DNA of 64,000 bases from Nitrospirota bacterium (GCA_016212095.1 JACRHH010000027.1:23880-87879); one strand, 5' to 3'. Counted from the first letter of the stretch, positions 27,390 through 37,933 are shown. Notes: generated by a model not told the origin, from the letters alone. Translations and numbers: made by a program.

Positions 27390-28364
27390 CTACTTCCTGA
27401 TCTCGATGTTCGCCCTGCCTTTCAGCCCGGCAATCCATGCGCTGTAATCCTTCCAAAGCGTCGCATCCCGCAGTTTCTCCCGGATGGCGTTTTTCTTCGC
27501 CTCAATCGTGGTTGTGTCGTCCTTGAACGACTCAGCCTTCACCAGATAGATTGCGCCCGCCGCCCGAAACGGCTCGCTCACGCCGCCGGGCTTCAGGGCG
27601 AAGGCAGTCTGCTCTATTTCCGGCAGGATCATTCCCCGCTTGATGAAGCCGATGTCGCCGCCCGCCGACGCCGATGGATCGGCTGAATATTCGCGCGCAA
27701 GCTTGCCGAAGTCTTCGCCGCCGCCTGCGCGCCGCGCCAAGTCCGCGCCAAGCTCCATCGTTGCCGACTCTGCTCTGGCTTCGCCGTATTCCAGCCTGAT
27801 TACCCGGATACGCGCCTCCCGGCTGTCCTTGTTCGCCAATGCCGGAAATTCGGCCCTGAACTGCGCGTCCACATCGCTTTCATTAATCATTATCTTGTTG
27901 CGCACTTCCTGACTCACAACGCGGGAAACGGTTATCTGGTCGTGAATGTTGGCCTTGTATCGCTTCAAATTCAGGCCCTGAGCTTCCAGCGAGCGCATGA
28001 AATTCTCTTCAGTCAGGCTGAACTTGGCCTTGATCTCGCCAATGGCGGCATCCACTTCGGCATCTGAAATGTCGATGCCGAGACGTTTGGCCTCGATAAG
28101 CTGAAGCTTCATCTCGATCAGGTTGTCCAGAAATTCGCTCTCCATCTTGCGGATGGCGGCTGAGGCTTCTTCGGCTGGCAGTTTCGTCGCGGGTTCGATC
28201 CTGTCCGGCGGAATCTGCTCCCTGAGTTCGCTCCACGTTATTACCGTGCCGTTAACGATGGCTACAACACGGTCGAGTTCAACCCGTTCGGCATGAGCCA
28301 GTCCTGATGCGAACATGAAAAGCGCAACGGATAGCGCGGTTATCGTCTGTCTCAATTTGAACAT
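27390..28364 (-). CDS. SurA-like periplasmic peptidyl-prolyl isomerase (parvulin type)
   Basis: Signal peptide MFKLRQTITALSVALFMFASGLAHA, a SurA-N-like region, and the rotamase motif GGDIGFIKRGMILPEIEQTAFALKPGGVSEPF. Confidence 0.8.
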   Translation of the reverse strand: MFKLRQTITALSVALFMFASGLAHAERVELDRVVAIVNGTVITWSELREQIPPDRIEPATKLPAEEASAAIRKMESEFLDNLIEMKLQLIEAKRLGIDISDAEVDAAIGEIKAKFSLTEENFMRSLEAQGLNLKRYKANIHDQITVSRVVSQEVRNKIMINESDVDAQFRAEFPALANKDSREARIRVIRLEYGEARAESATMELGADLARRAGGGEDFGKLAREYSADPSASAGGDIGFIKRGMILPEIEQTAFALKPGGVSEPFRAAGAIYLVKAESFKDDTTTIEAKKNAIREKLRDATLWKDYSAWIAGLKGRANIEIRK

Positions 28365-28379
28365 GCTCCTGTCCTGCGA

Positions 28380-29429
28380 TCAGAATCGTTTGATTATTTT
28401 ATAGAAAGTGTCGCGCTGGGCCGCGCGGAATCCGGCGTTATGCGCGGCTTCCACCAGTTCCTCCATCGACACCCGGTAACTTACGCCAGCCGCCGCAACA
28501 ACGTTTTCCTCGATCATCGTGGAGCCAAGATCGTTTGCCCCAAAGCGCAGCGAAAGCTCGGCCATTTTTATTCCCTGCGTAACCCACGACGCCTGAATGT
28601 TGGCGATGTTGTCCAGATACACGCGCGAAAGCGCAAGCACGCGAAGATAATCGGCTCCGGTGGCCGGGCGGATGTCGATGTCGGTGTTCGACGGCTGAAA
28701 CGTCCACGGAATAAACGCGGTGAAGCCGCCGGTTTTGTCTTGCAGCTTGCGGATGGCGTCCAGGTGGGCGATGATGTCGTCCGGCTCCTCGCCGCTTCCG
28801 AACATCATAGTGGCGGTGGAACGTATGCCCTGCCTGTGCGCCGCCTCCATAACGCCAAGCCACTGCGCTGTTTTTATCTTGTTCGGGCTTATGGCCTCGC
28901 GAACCCTGTCCGAGAGTATTTCCGCGCCCGCGCCCGGAATCGAGCCAAGCCCCGCCGCCTTCAGCCGCGCGAGCGTTTTCGGCACGGAAAGCCCCGACTG
29001 CTTCGCTATGTAAAAAATCTCCGGCGCGGATAGCGCGTGCAGGTTAACGTCGAAGCGCGACTTGATGGCGCTGAAAAGGTTTTCGAAGTATTCGATGTTC
29101 AGATCGGGATGAAGGCCGCCCTGAAGCAGAATCTGCGTGCCGCCAAGCGCAACCGTTTCGGCGATCTTCTCGAATATCGCCTCGCGCGAGAGCAGATAGC
29201 TCTCCGGATGTCCGGCGTCGCGGAAGTAGGCGCAGAACCGGCAGCGGTTTATACAGATATTGGTATAGTTGATGTTCCGGTCGATGACAAACGTGACGGT
29301 TTTGCCGCGATGTAGTTTCTTGCGAACATCGTCGGCCATGCGGCCAAGCTCAAGAAGCGGCGCGTTTTTCAGAAGCGAAAGGGCGTCCTTGCGGGTTATG
29401 CGCCCGGTTTCAGTCACCGGCTTACTCAT
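28380..29429 (-). CDS. mqnC: Cyclic dehypoxanthinyl futalosine synthase (radical SAM, futalosine pathway)
   Basis: VTFVIDRNINYTNICINRCRFCAYFR radical-SAM CxxxCxxC and a CofH/MqnC/MqnE-type C-terminal region. The start is set at MSKPVTE (29429) to clear mqnE. The MqnC versus MqnE assignment is from memory of family motifs. Confidence 0.7.
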   Translation of the reverse strand: MSKPVTETGRITRKDALSLLKNAPLLELGRMADDVRKKLHRGKTVTFVIDRNINYTNICINRCRFCAYFRDAGHPESYLLSREAIFEKIAETVALGGTQILLQGGLHPDLNIEYFENLFSAIKSRFDVNLHALSAPEIFYIAKQSGLSVPKTLARLKAAGLGSIPGAGAEILSDRVREAISPNKIKTAQWLGVMEAAHRQGIRSTATMMFGSGEEPDDIIAHLDAIRKLQDKTGGFTAFIPWTFQPSNTDIDIRPATGADYLRVLALSRVYLDNIANIQASWVTQGIKMAELSLRFGANDLGSTMIEENVVAAAGVSYRVSMEELVEAAHNAGFRAAQRDTFYKIIKRF

Positions 29430-30531
29430 AAGCCCTTGAATCGGTTGCTGTGGTCGTGGAACGCTTGCGTTCCACCGGGTTATATACCGCATTTCGCTCA
29501 ACCGGCGTCTTTCCGGCCCGCCGTATCAGATCGGCCAGCGCCCCGATCTCCATAGCTTCCGGCGACGAGCCGCCTGCCATATGCGCTATCTTCTCCTCGA
29601 TCACCGTGCCGTCCATATCATCGGCCCCGAACGAAAGCGCGATCTGCGCTATTTTGACTCCAAGCATCACCCAATAGGCCTTGATATGCGGGAAGTTGTC
29701 CAGAAACAGCCGCGCAACCGCGATGGTTTTCAGATCGTCGAACGCCGAAGTGCGCGAGCCGCCGTCCATCCGCGTGTTTTCGGGCTGATACGCAAGCGGG
29801 ATGAACGCGTTGAATCCGCCTGTCTCATCTTGAAGCTCTCGCAGCTTGAGCATGTGGTCAACGCGGTCTTCGATCTTTTCCACATGCCCGTAGAGCATCG
29901 TGGCGTTTGTTTTCAGGCCGGCCTTGTGCGCCGCCCGCATAACCTCTATCCACCGCGCTCCGGAGACCTTTTCAGGACAGATTTTGCGCCGGACGCCCTG
30001 GCCAAGTATTTCGGCCCCGCCGCCCGGCATCGAGCCAAGCCCGGCGTCGATCAGCGCGTTGATGGTTTTCCGCAGGCCAAGCCCGGAGAGCTTTGTCAGG
30101 TAATCGATCTCGACCGCAGTGAAAGCCTTGATGTGAAGGTGCGGAAACCGCGATTTTATCCCGCCCAGCATGTCGGTGTAGAACGAAAACGGCCAGTCGG
30201 GGTGCAGGCCGCCCACGATATGCAGTTCCCGTGTGTCCGGCCCGCACTCCGAGGCGCGCCGCATGATGTCGTCCATCGTCATCTCGTATGCGCCGTCCTC
30301 GCCGCGCGAACGGCTGAAGGCGCAGAAACGGCAGCGGTTTATGCAGATGTTTGTGGGGTTTATGTGGCGGTTGCGGACGAAATAAACGCGGTCGCCGTTA
30401 AGCTCGCGCGCACGGGCGTCGGCAAGCAGGCCAAGGCCGAAGATGTCGTCGGAGCGGTAAAGCTCGACGGCGTCCTGAGGCGAGAGGCGTTTCCCTGAAA
30501 TCAGCTTTTTCTCTATCCGGCGAAAACTCAT
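29422..30531 (-). CDS. mqnE: Aminodeoxyfutalosine synthase (radical SAM, futalosine pathway)
   Basis: VYFVRNRHINPTNICINRCRFCAFSR. Paralog of the adjacent gene and overlaps it by 8 bp. Confidence 0.7.
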   Translation of the reverse strand: MSFRRIEKKLISGKRLSPQDAVELYRSDDIFGLGLLADARARELNGDRVYFVRNRHINPTNICINRCRFCAFSRSRGEDGAYEMTMDDIMRRASECGPDTRELHIVGGLHPDWPFSFYTDMLGGIKSRFPHLHIKAFTAVEIDYLTKLSGLGLRKTINALIDAGLGSMPGGGAEILGQGVRRKICPEKVSGARWIEVMRAAHKAGLKTNATMLYGHVEKIEDRVDHMLKLRELQDETGGFNAFIPLAYQPENTRMDGGSRTSAFDDLKTIAVARLFLDNFPHIKAYWVMLGVKIAQIALSFGADDMDGTVIEEKIAHMAGGSSPEAMEIGALADLIRRAGKTPVERNAVYNPVERKRSTTTATDSRAYE

Positions 30532-30760
30532 CGGGTGATTATAATATTTTTGAAAATATTCGGTTGTGAGCGCCAGATTAGCTACGAAGAAGGAGCGTGA
30601 AGATTATGAAGAAAACATCCGCCGCAAAAAAACGCGCCCGCGCAATCTGACAGCCGCAATCCAACCACTCTTCCGCCTTTGCCTTGCGAACGGGCTTTCG
30701 GCTCTGATACATTACCCGTCTTATGAAAACACCTGATACATTATCTTTAAGGAGGCTTGC

Positions 30761-31855
30761 ATGGGCTTGAACTGCGGCATTGTCGGGCTTCCGAACGTCG
30801 GCAAATCCACCATCTTCAACGCGCTAACCGCCGCAAAGGCCGAGGCGTCCAACTATCCGTTCTGCACAATAGACCCGAACGTGGGCATGGTGAAGGTTCC
30901 GGACACCCGCCTTCAGGCTTTGGCTGAAATCGTTCATCCGGATAAAATCATCCCGGCGGTTGTCGAGATTGTTGACATAGCCGGGCTTGTCGAGGGCGCG
31001 AGCAAGGGCGAGGGGCTTGGCAACAAGTTTCTGGGCAACATCCGCTCGGTTGACGCCATAATGCATGTGGTTCGCTGTTTCGAGGACGAAAACGTGGTGC
31101 ATGTGTACGGCTCAGTCGATCCGGTGCGCGATATTGAGGTTATCAACGCCGAGCTTATTCTGGCCGATCTCGACTCGGTGGAAAAGCGCATTGACAAGAC
31201 ATCGCGCATGGCGAAGCTTGGCGACAAGAAGGCGAAAGAGGCGATGACCGCCTATGAAAAGGTGATCGACGCCCTCAAGCGCGGCGTTCGCGCGGCGGCT
31301 GCCGGGCTTTCAGACGACGAAAAGGCTGCGCTTTCAGACCTGTTTCTGCTTACCGGCAAGCCGGTTCTGTACGTGGCGAACGTGGCCGAGGACGAGCTTG
31401 CGTCAGGCAACAAATACGTTGATGCCGTTCGTAAAATCGCCGAATCGGAAGGTTCCGAGCTTATCATGATTTCCGGCAAGATCGAATCCGAAATCGCCGA
31501 ACTGGACGGCGAGGAGAAGGCGGCGTTCCTGAGCGATCTGGGCGCAAGTGAATCGGGCATCGACCGGATTATCCGGGCGACTTACCACCTCCTTGGCCTG
31601 ATAACCTACTTCACCGCAGGGCAGCAGGAGGTTCGCGCATGGACAATCCATCAGGGCGACAAGGCGCCGCAGGCGGCTGGAGTCATCCACACCGATTTCG
31701 AGAAGGGTTTCATCCGCGCCGAAACAATTGCGTTCAGCGATTATGTTTCAGCCGGTTCCGAGACGCGGGCGAAGGAGCTTGGCCTGATGCGCGTGGAGGG
31801 CAAGGAATACGTGGTTAAAGACGGCGACGTGATGCATTTCAGGTTCAACGTGTAG
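30761..31855 (+). CDS. ychF: Ribosome-binding ATPase YchF
   Basis: [23 protein letters not shown]...[10 protein letters not shown]...C-terminal TGS-like ...[10 protein letters not shown]...[13 protein letters not shown]. Confidence 0.95.
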   Translation: MGLNCGIVGLPNVGKSTIFNALTAAKAEASNYPFCTIDPNVGMVKVPDTRLQALAEIVHPDKIIPAVVEIVDIAGLVEGASKGEGLGNKFLGNIRSVDAIMHVVRCFEDENVVHVYGSVDPVRDIEVINAELILADLDSVEKRIDKTSRMAKLGDKKAKEAMTAYEKVIDALKRGVRAAAAGLSDDEKAALSDLFLLTGKPVLYVANVAEDELASGNKYVDAVRKIAESEGSELIMISGKIESEIAELDGEEKAAFLSDLGASESGIDRIIRATYHLLGLITYFTAGQQEVRAWTIHQGDKAPQAAGVIHTDFEKGFIRAETIAFSDYVSAGSETRAKELGLMRVEGKEYVVKDGDVMHFRFNV

Positions 31856-32009
31856 GGGCAAACGCCGGGCAACAAGGTCTGATGAACTTCGAGGCGGTTG
31901 TGACTTGCCACCCCTGATCTTCCGGAGATTCAGGAAAGGGCGGTTGAAGAGGGGATGCCAACCCGTGTTTCCATAATACTGGCCAATTGATTAATTGGAG
32001 GATCTGTCC

Positions 32010-33704
32010 ATGCGCTATTCAAAACTGTTTATTCCCACGCTTCGCGAGGCTCCCGCCGACGCCGAGGCGATAAGCCACAAGCTGCTTGTTCGCGCCGGTT
32101 TCGTGCGCCAGCTTGCGTCCGGGCTGTATATCTACCTGCCGACAGGCTGGCGGGTGCTGAACCGCATTAACCGCATAATGAAGGAGGAGATGGACGCAAT
32201 CGGCGCTCAGGAGCTTTCGATGCCGGTGCTTCACCCAGCCGAAATATGGCAGGAAACCGGGCGCTGGAGCGTGATCGGCGACGAGATGTTCCGCCTGAAA
32301 GACCGCGGCGGGCGCGACATGTGCCTCGGCATGACGCACGAGGAGATCATGACATGGCTTGCGGCGCGGGAAATCCGCTCATACCGCGACCTGCCGCAGG
32401 TCTGGTATCAGATGCAGACCAAGCTGCGCGACGAGGCGCGCCCAAAAAGCGGCATCCTTCGCACGCGCGAGTTCATAATGAAAGATTCCTACAGCTTCGA
32501 CCGCGACGAGGAAGGGCTGGACATAAACTACCGCTCACACTCGGAGGCGTATCACCGCATTTTCGCGCGTTGCGGCCTGAAGTTCCACGAGGTTGAATCC
32601 GATTCCGGCATGATGGGCGGCGCGGTGTCGCACGAGTTCATGGCTCCGTCGGCTGCGGGGGAAGACACGATTGCGATATGCGCCTGCGGCTACCAGTCGA
32701 ATGTGGAATGCGCGGCGTCCACCCCGAAGCCGGCTCCTGTTGCGGCGTGGGAAAAGGAAGAAATTCACACGCCAAACCGTAGAACGGTTCAGGAGGTGAG
32801 CAATTTCCTGAAAGCCGACGCGTCAAGCTTCATGAAATCGATTATGGTGATGGCGACCAGCCCGGAAAACAGCCCGGTTTTGGCCGTTGTTCGCGGCGAT
32901 CAGACGCTGCACGAGAAGAAACTGGCGAAAATCATCGGGCAGTTTCGCGCGGCAACAAAGGACGAGATTAGGGAAACGCTCGGCGTCGAGGCCGGATTCA
33001 TCGGGCCGATGGGGCATTCCGTCAGAATCATTGCTGATCCGTGCCTGAAAGACGGCATGTTCATCTCCGGCGCGAACAAGGCCGATTATCACATGCGCGG
33101 CGTGCAGGCGGGCGTAGATTTCACGCCGGAATGGGCCGACATACACGAGGCGAAGCCCGGCGACGCCTGCTCAAAGTGCGGCGCGCCTCTGGCATTCGAA
33201 AACGTGATCGAGATCGGCAATATTTTCAAACTTGGCACGAAGTATTCTGCAGCGTTGAACGCCGCGTATCTTGATGAACAGGGAAACAGCCATCCGATCA
33301 TCATGGGAAGCTACGGCATCGGCCCGGCGCGGATCATGGCGGCGGCGGTGGAGCAGGGAAGCGACAAGAACGGCATCGTATGGCCGGAGGCTATCGCGCC
33401 GTTTGATGTGGAGATTGTGCCGCTTAATGTCGGCAATCCGGAGGCGGTGGAAGTTGCCGATGCGGTTTGCGCCGCGCTGGAAAAGGCAGGGCTTGAGGTT
33501 CTGATCGACGACCGCGACGAGCGTCCGGGCGTGAAGCTGAAAGACGCCGATCTGATCGGCATTCCGTGGATCGTGGTTGTCGGCGACAAGACATTGAAGG
33601 ATGGCATGATCGAGTTCAAGAGCCGCAAAACCGGCGAAGTGGCGAAACTGCCGGTTGAAGGCGCTGGTGAGGCGATAGCGGAGCGGATGGGGAAGAATGT
33701 ATAA
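32010..33704 (+). CDS. proS: Proline--tRNA ligase (bacterial type)
   Basis: MRYSKLFIPTLREAPADAE...class II motifs (FRDE.RPKSGILRTREF, GSYGIGP.R). ATG 32010 with GGAG upstream. Confidence 0.95.
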   Translation: MRYSKLFIPTLREAPADAEAISHKLLVRAGFVRQLASGLYIYLPTGWRVLNRINRIMKEEMDAIGAQELSMPVLHPAEIWQETGRWSVIGDEMFRLKDRGGRDMCLGMTHEEIMTWLAAREIRSYRDLPQVWYQMQTKLRDEARPKSGILRTREFIMKDSYSFDRDEEGLDINYRSHSEAYHRIFARCGLKFHEVESDSGMMGGAVSHEFMAPSAAGEDTIAICACGYQSNVECAASTPKPAPVAAWEKEEIHTPNRRTVQEVSNFLKADASSFMKSIMVMATSPENSPVLAVVRGDQTLHEKKLAKIIGQFRAATKDEIRETLGVEAGFIGPMGHSVRIIADPCLKDGMFISGANKADYHMRGVQAGVDFTPEWADIHEAKPGDACSKCGAPLAFENVIEIGNIFKLGTKYSAALNAAYLDEQGNSHPIIMGSYGIGPARIMAAAVEQGSDKNGIVWPEAIAPFDVEIVPLNVGNPEAVEVADAVCAALEKAGLEVLIDDRDERPGVKLKDADLIGIPWIVVVGDKTLKDGMIEFKSRKTGEVAKLPVEGAGEAIAERMGKNV

Positions 33705-33788
33705 CATGGATGAGCAGGATGGACAGGATGGGATAAAGTGACCTCTTTGCATTTCAAATTCGAATCCTGTTCATCCTGTCTATCCATG
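33705..33788. repeat. Imperfect inverted repeat (25-nt arms, 21/25 complementary, 34-nt spacer) immediately after the proS stop
   Basis: Left arm catggatgagcaggatggacaggat (33705-33729). Right arm atcctgttcatcctgtctatccatg (33764-33788). Confidence 0.7.
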
Positions 33789-33825
33789 TTAATTTGATTC
33801 TTTCTTGAAAGGTGGGGTAAAGAGT

Positions 33826-34371
33826 ATGGACTCACATCCTGGTGAAAGAATAAAAGATGTTCGATGCACGACTGAGCCTGTGAAAGTCGGCATCATCTCC
33901 GACACCCACGACAACATGCCGCTCATCCGGCGGGCTGTCGAGCTTTTCCGCGCCGAGGGCGTTTCGCTGGTGGTTCACGCCGGAGATTTCGTCGCGCCGT
34001 TCACGCTTGCGCTATACCGCGAGCTTGGCTGCGATTTTATCGGCGTTTTCGGCAACAACGACGGCGATCAGGTGCTTCTGAAAAAGCGCTCAGACGGGCG
34101 GATTCACTCCGCGCCGCACGAGTTCAGCTTTGGCGGCAAGCGGTTTATAGTTACCCACTATCCCGACGCGGTTGACGCCATGGCCGCCGGGGCCGACGTG
34201 GTGATTCATGGCCACACGCACGATCCGGTGATACGGAAGTCCGGAAACGCGCTGATAATAAACCCCGGCGAATGCGGCGGATGGTCAACCGGACGGTCAA
34301 CCGTGGCTGTGCTGGATGTTGAGGCGATGAAGGCGCGGGTGGTTGATCTGGATTTCAGGCCCTCTTCTTAA
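33826..34371 (+). CDS. YfcE/MJ0936-family metallophosphoesterase
   Basis: VKVGIISDTHDN...VHAGD...GNNDGD...GHTHDP metallophosphoesterase motifs. The start is uncertain (33826, or GTG 33880). Confidence 0.85.
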   Translation: MDSHPGERIKDVRCTTEPVKVGIISDTHDNMPLIRRAVELFRAEGVSLVVHAGDFVAPFTLALYRELGCDFIGVFGNNDGDQVLLKKRSDGRIHSAPHEFSFGGKRFIVTHYPDAVDAMAAGADVVIHGHTHDPVIRKSGNALIINPGECGGWSTGRSTVAVLDVEAMKARVVDLDFRPSS

Positions 34372-35671
34372 GGAATAATCGTATTGGCGTTCCGGCGAAT
34401 CCGAATTCCTCGCGCAGCTTGCGCTCAACAAAACGAATATATGCCGGTGTGATTCCCTGCGGCTTGTTCGCGAAAATCGAGAACGAAGGCGGCGCGGTTT
34501 CAACCTGGGTCATGTACTGAATCTTTACGATCTTGCCGTTCAGGAGCGGCGGAGCCTGTTCCGCCGTAAGCCTCGCCACGAATTCGTTCAGGCGAGCTGT
34601 CGGAATGCGCTTTCTGCGCTGCGCCATGATCTCGTCTATCAGCGGAAACACCTTGGTTATGCGCTGCCGTGTAAGCGCCGAAATGCTCAAGACCGGAGCA
34701 TGTGCCAGAAAAAACGCGGAGTTTCGGATCGTTTTTGTGAAGTCCAGCAAAGCGTCGTCGCTTCTTTCGGCGATGTCCCATTTGTTGACGAGAAAAATAA
34801 CGCCCTTTCCGGCTTCATGCACAATGCCTGCAACCTTCTGATCCTGCTCGGTGAAACCCTCCACGGCATCGATTAAAATCAGGGCAATGTCGGCCCGCTC
34901 GATGCTTTTTACGGTTCGCACAACGCTGTAGTATTCGACCGATTCCTCAATGCGCGACTTTTTCCTCAGTCCTGCGGTGTCGATCAGCAGATATGGCTTG
35001 CCGTGATACCGGCACTCGGTGTCGATCGAATCGCGGGTTGTTCCGGCCACAGGGCTTGTTATCAGCCTGTCCTTGCCGATCAGCGCGTTTACAAGCGTCG
35101 ATTTGCCCGAATTTGGCTTGCCCACGACAGCAATGCGCGGCATGTCGGCAGCGGCTTCCTCATGTTCTGTTTCCTGCGCGAAATCGATTATCCTGTCGAG
35201 AATATCATCGAGGCCGCGCCCGTGCAGGGCGGAGAGCATGAAAAGCTCATCGGGCGCGAGGGCGTAGAATTCGGTTGCGGCATCCTCCTGCCTCGGCCCG
35301 TCAACCTTGTTCACCACATGTATCACCGGCTTTGCGGATGCCCGAAGCAGGTTGGCTATCTCGATGTCGTCGGGCATGACTCCGTCCCTGCCGTCAACCA
35401 TGTGCAGGATGACGTCGGCCTCCTCGATTGCCAATAGCGCCTGTCTGCGAATTTCCGATGTCATTGCATCGGTGGATGCTTCCGGCACAACGCCGCCGGT
35501 GTCGATAAGGATGAAGCCGCGCCCTTCCCACGACGCGTCGGCATAGTTTCTGTCTCGCGTGATTCCGGCCAGATTCTCGACTATCGCGGTGCGGCGTCCG
35601 ACAATGCGGTTGAAAAGCGTCGATTTGCCGACGTTTGGCCGTCCGACAATTGCAATTGCTGTTTTCTTCAT
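34355..35671 (-). CDS. der: Ribosome-biogenesis GTPase Der (EngA)
   Basis: Two G domains (IVGRPNVGKSTLFN; VVGKPNSGKSTLVN) plus a KH-like C-terminus. Confidence 0.95.
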   Translation of the reverse strand: MKKTAIAIVGRPNVGKSTLFNRIVGRRTAIVENLAGITRDRNYADASWEGRGFILIDTGGVVPEASTDAMTSEIRRQALLAIEEADVILHMVDGRDGVMPDDIEIANLLRASAKPVIHVVNKVDGPRQEDAATEFYALAPDELFMLSALHGRGLDDILDRIIDFAQETEHEEAAADMPRIAVVGKPNSGKSTLVNALIGKDRLITSPVAGTTRDSIDTECRYHGKPYLLIDTAGLRKKSRIEESVEYYSVVRTVKSIERADIALILIDAVEGFTEQDQKVAGIVHEAGKGVIFLVNKWDIAERSDDALLDFTKTIRNSAFFLAHAPVLSISALTRQRITKVFPLIDEIMAQRRKRIPTARLNEFVARLTAEQAPPLLNGKIVKIQYMTQVETAPPSFSIFANKPQGITPAYIRFVERKLREEFGFAGTPIRLFLKKRA

Positions 35672-35680
35672 TGAATTAAC

Positions 35681-36145
35681 CTAGACGGAAACCTGAAAAA
35701 TGAACTCTATCTCGACTGCCGCGTCCAGCGGAAGCTCCGACACGCCGACCGCCGCGCGGGCGTGGCGTCCTGCCTCGCCAAGCACATCGGCCAGAAGCTC
35801 CGATGCGCCGTTTAAAACGGCGGGCTGTGCGGTGAATCCGCTTGCTGAGTTGACGAATCCGGTTAATTTAACGCACTGAATTATCCTGTCGAGCGAGCCA
35901 AGGGCGGCCTTTGCCTGCGCCAGCCCGTTAATGGCCGATATACGGGCGGCCTCCTTGCCCTGATCCGCGTCGATGTCGCGACCGACCTTGCCGGTGAACC
36001 TGAGCGAGCCGTCTGCCATCGGAAGCTGGCCGCTGATGAAAAGCAGATCTCCGGCGATTACCCAAGGCCGGTAAGCCGCAATGGGAGCGGGCGCTGCCGG
36101 AAGCGTTATGCCAAGCTGATAAAGGCGTTGCTCAACGTTGTTCAT
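35681..36145 (-). CDS. RidA/YjgF-family protein
   Basis: ...FISGQLP...GLAQAKAALGS...RAAVGVSELPLDAAVEIE typical of the RidA family. Confidence 0.8.
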   Translation of the reverse strand: MNNVEQRLYQLGITLPAAPAPIAAYRPWVIAGDLLFISGQLPMADGSLRFTGKVGRDIDADQGKEAARISAINGLAQAKAALGSLDRIIQCVKLTGFVNSASGFTAQPAVLNGASELLADVLGEAGRHARAAVGVSELPLDAAVEIEFIFQVSV

Positions 36146-36580
36146 TTAGATCTTGAGCAAAATCATGTTGGAAACCGGATCGAGTTCGCGGGTCACGCTC
36201 ACGCCGGTTATCTCGATGATCACGGCTTCAAGCACCAGAAATGTTGACGACTTTTCGCGCAGGCATCCCATCTTTACCATGTCGTGCTTGCCGAATGCGC
36301 CGTGAAAATGAACCTTCGGCGTTTCGCCCTGCATGAAGATTGTGCCGAAGCCGACCACCTCGTGCGCCTGTCCTAGTGTCCGCCATACAGGCGTCGGAGG
36401 TATTGTGTCGGTTTCCGGCCCCACCACTATTCCGCCCTCGCGCATTCCTCCCACAAGATGAAACGATGCGGCGCGTATGCCTTCCTTGAGAGCGATATCC
36501 GCAAGCCCGGCCAGAATGTCGTCGTTATCCTCGAACTTGGCCACGACCACGCGCCCTATGCTGCCTGTCTGGTATTTCAT
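36146..36580 (-). CDS. PPC (DUF296) domain protein
   Basis: GRVVVAKFEDNDDILAGLADIALKEGIRAASFHLVGGM...VHFHGAFG resembles the PPC/DUF296 fold. ATG 36580 preferred. Confidence 0.65.
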   Translation of the reverse strand: MKYQTGSIGRVVVAKFEDNDDILAGLADIALKEGIRAASFHLVGGMREGGIVVGPETDTIPPTPVWRTLGQAHEVVGFGTIFMQGETPKVHFHGAFGKHDMVKMGCLREKSSTFLVLEAVIIEITGVSVTRELDPVSNMILLKI

Positions 36581-37007
36581 GTGTGTATCCTCCGCAAGCT
36601 GATTATCGTGCAACTGCAAACTATAACAGAACTTGCGCGCATGTTTCAGAAAGCCTGTTGTTTGCGGAAATAAAAAAAGCCCGGCGCTTAGGTTGGCCGG
36701 GCCAGTGGGAGGGGAGAAATTGCAATCACGCTTTATTTATGCAATGGATGTGCCATTTTGTAACCTCTTGAATATTCAGCATATTGCATACTCTTGTGTG
36801 TCATGATGTTGACGTTTTGCAGTGTGAATGGCATTAAATCATTGGAGTTGGTGGCAGCCGGATGACGGCGGAATGATGACGTATGTAGCATTTGATTGGC
36901 AGCTTGAATGAATTGGCCGGATATGTTATGTTTTGAAACGCTTTTTCAGCGGTTCGGGCTGATGATCCACTGATGTCCGTGATTTCCATTCCCAAGGAGG
37001 ATGGCTA

Positions 37008-37556
37008 GTGAAAAATGTTTTAAAAGTAATGGTTGCGGTTTCCATTGTATCGCTTGCTTTCGGATGTTCGGACAAGGCTCCCAAAACTGCTGGTGCTCCG
37101 TCACCCGCTCCCGCTTCGGCACCCGCTCCCGCTCCGGCGGCACAGCAGGCGGCTCCGGCGCCCGGCCAGCCCGCGCAGATGATGGAAAGCCACCCGCCCA
37201 TCGAGAAGGCTTCAGCCGATGCCTCGGCTCCGAAAGCCGGAAGCATCAAGAAGGCTGAAGGCGGCACGGTTGCCGACATTATCGGCAAGCGCGCTTCGCT
37301 TGGCGGCAAGCCGGTTACGTTCCGTGGCAAGGTCATGAAGTTCTCGCCGATGATCATGGGCAAGAACTGGATTCATGTTCAGGACGGCAGCGGCGACGCG
37401 ACCAGCAAGAACAACGATCTGACCATTACAACCATGGACACGGCCAAGGTTGGCGATGTTGTTGTCGTGAGCGGCAAGGTTGCGGTTAACAAGGATTTCG
37501 GCGCCGGATACAGCTATGAAATCATTATCGAAGATGCCAAGGTGAAAGTCGAATAG
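37008..37556 (+). CDS. Lipoprotein with Ala/Pro-rich linker and OB-fold-like C-terminal domain
   Basis: Lipobox SLAFGC after the signal peptide. AP-rich low-complexity segment. GTG start with AAGGAGG 7 nt upstream. Confidence 0.7.
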   Translation: MKNVLKVMVAVSIVSLAFGCSDKAPKTAGAPSPAPASAPAPAPAAQQAAPAPGQPAQMMESHPPIEKASADASAPKAGSIKKAEGGTVADIIGKRASLGGKPVTFRGKVMKFSPMIMGKNWIHVQDGSGDATSKNNDLTITTMDTAKVGDVVVVSGKVAVNKDFGAGYSYEIIIEDAKVKVE

Positions 37557-37594
37557 GACTTGTTCATATCCGAACCATAGTCAGCGCCACATCG

Positions 37595-37626
37595 AAAGGC
37601 CGGGGTAATTCCCGGCCTTTTTTTTG
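37595..37626 (+). terminator. Rho-independent terminator after the lipoprotein gene
   Basis: 10-bp stem aaaggccggg / cccggccttt, 6-nt loop, then a T-run (37618-37626). Confidence 0.8.
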
Positions 37627-37708
37627 CCATGTCAAGTTTTTTCCGTGAATGACGATAGGGATGTGAAATCATCCGGATTAATCCGGCAAAACAGCGGTGG
37701 AGGTGCAT

Positions 37709-37924
37709 ATGAACATGGGAAAGATGCAGTGCTGGGAGTTCAAGGGATGCGGGAGAGACAAGGGTGGTAGCTCGTGTCCGGCTGTAAAGGAAAACGCCGG
37801 AAGAACCTGCTGGCTGGTTGCCGGAACGATGTGCGGAGGAGCTGTTCAGGGAACGGCTGCCCAGAAGATCGGCAACTGCCGCAACTGTGATTTCTATAAA
37901 AAAGTCAAGGCGCGGGAGATATAG
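37709..37924 (+). CDS. Small Cys-rich 'two-CW' domain protein
   Basis: MNMGKMQCWEFKGCGRDKGGSSCPAVKENAGRTCWLVAGTMCGGAVQGT...CRNCDFY. It has two CW dipeptides and 7 Cys in 71 aa. GGAGG 5 nt upstream of ATG 37709. Confidence 0.7.
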   Translation: MNMGKMQCWEFKGCGRDKGGSSCPAVKENAGRTCWLVAGTMCGGAVQGTAAQKIGNCRNCDFYKKVKAREI

Positions 37925-37933
37925 CTCCCCGCC

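Noticed and set aside
30606-30650. 14-codon ORF (MKKTSAAKKRARAI) with AAGGAG upstream, in the mqnE-ychF intergenic region
   Set aside because: It is too short and low-complexity to support. I could not evaluate conservation. It could be a chance ORF in a divergent promoter region.
36672-36702. A-run plus 7-bp GC hairpin (gcccggc/gccgggc) upstream of the DUF296 gene; it would be a minus-strand terminator
   Set aside because: There is no minus-strand gene upstream for it to terminate. The stem is short and the loop is 10 nt. Its function is unclear.
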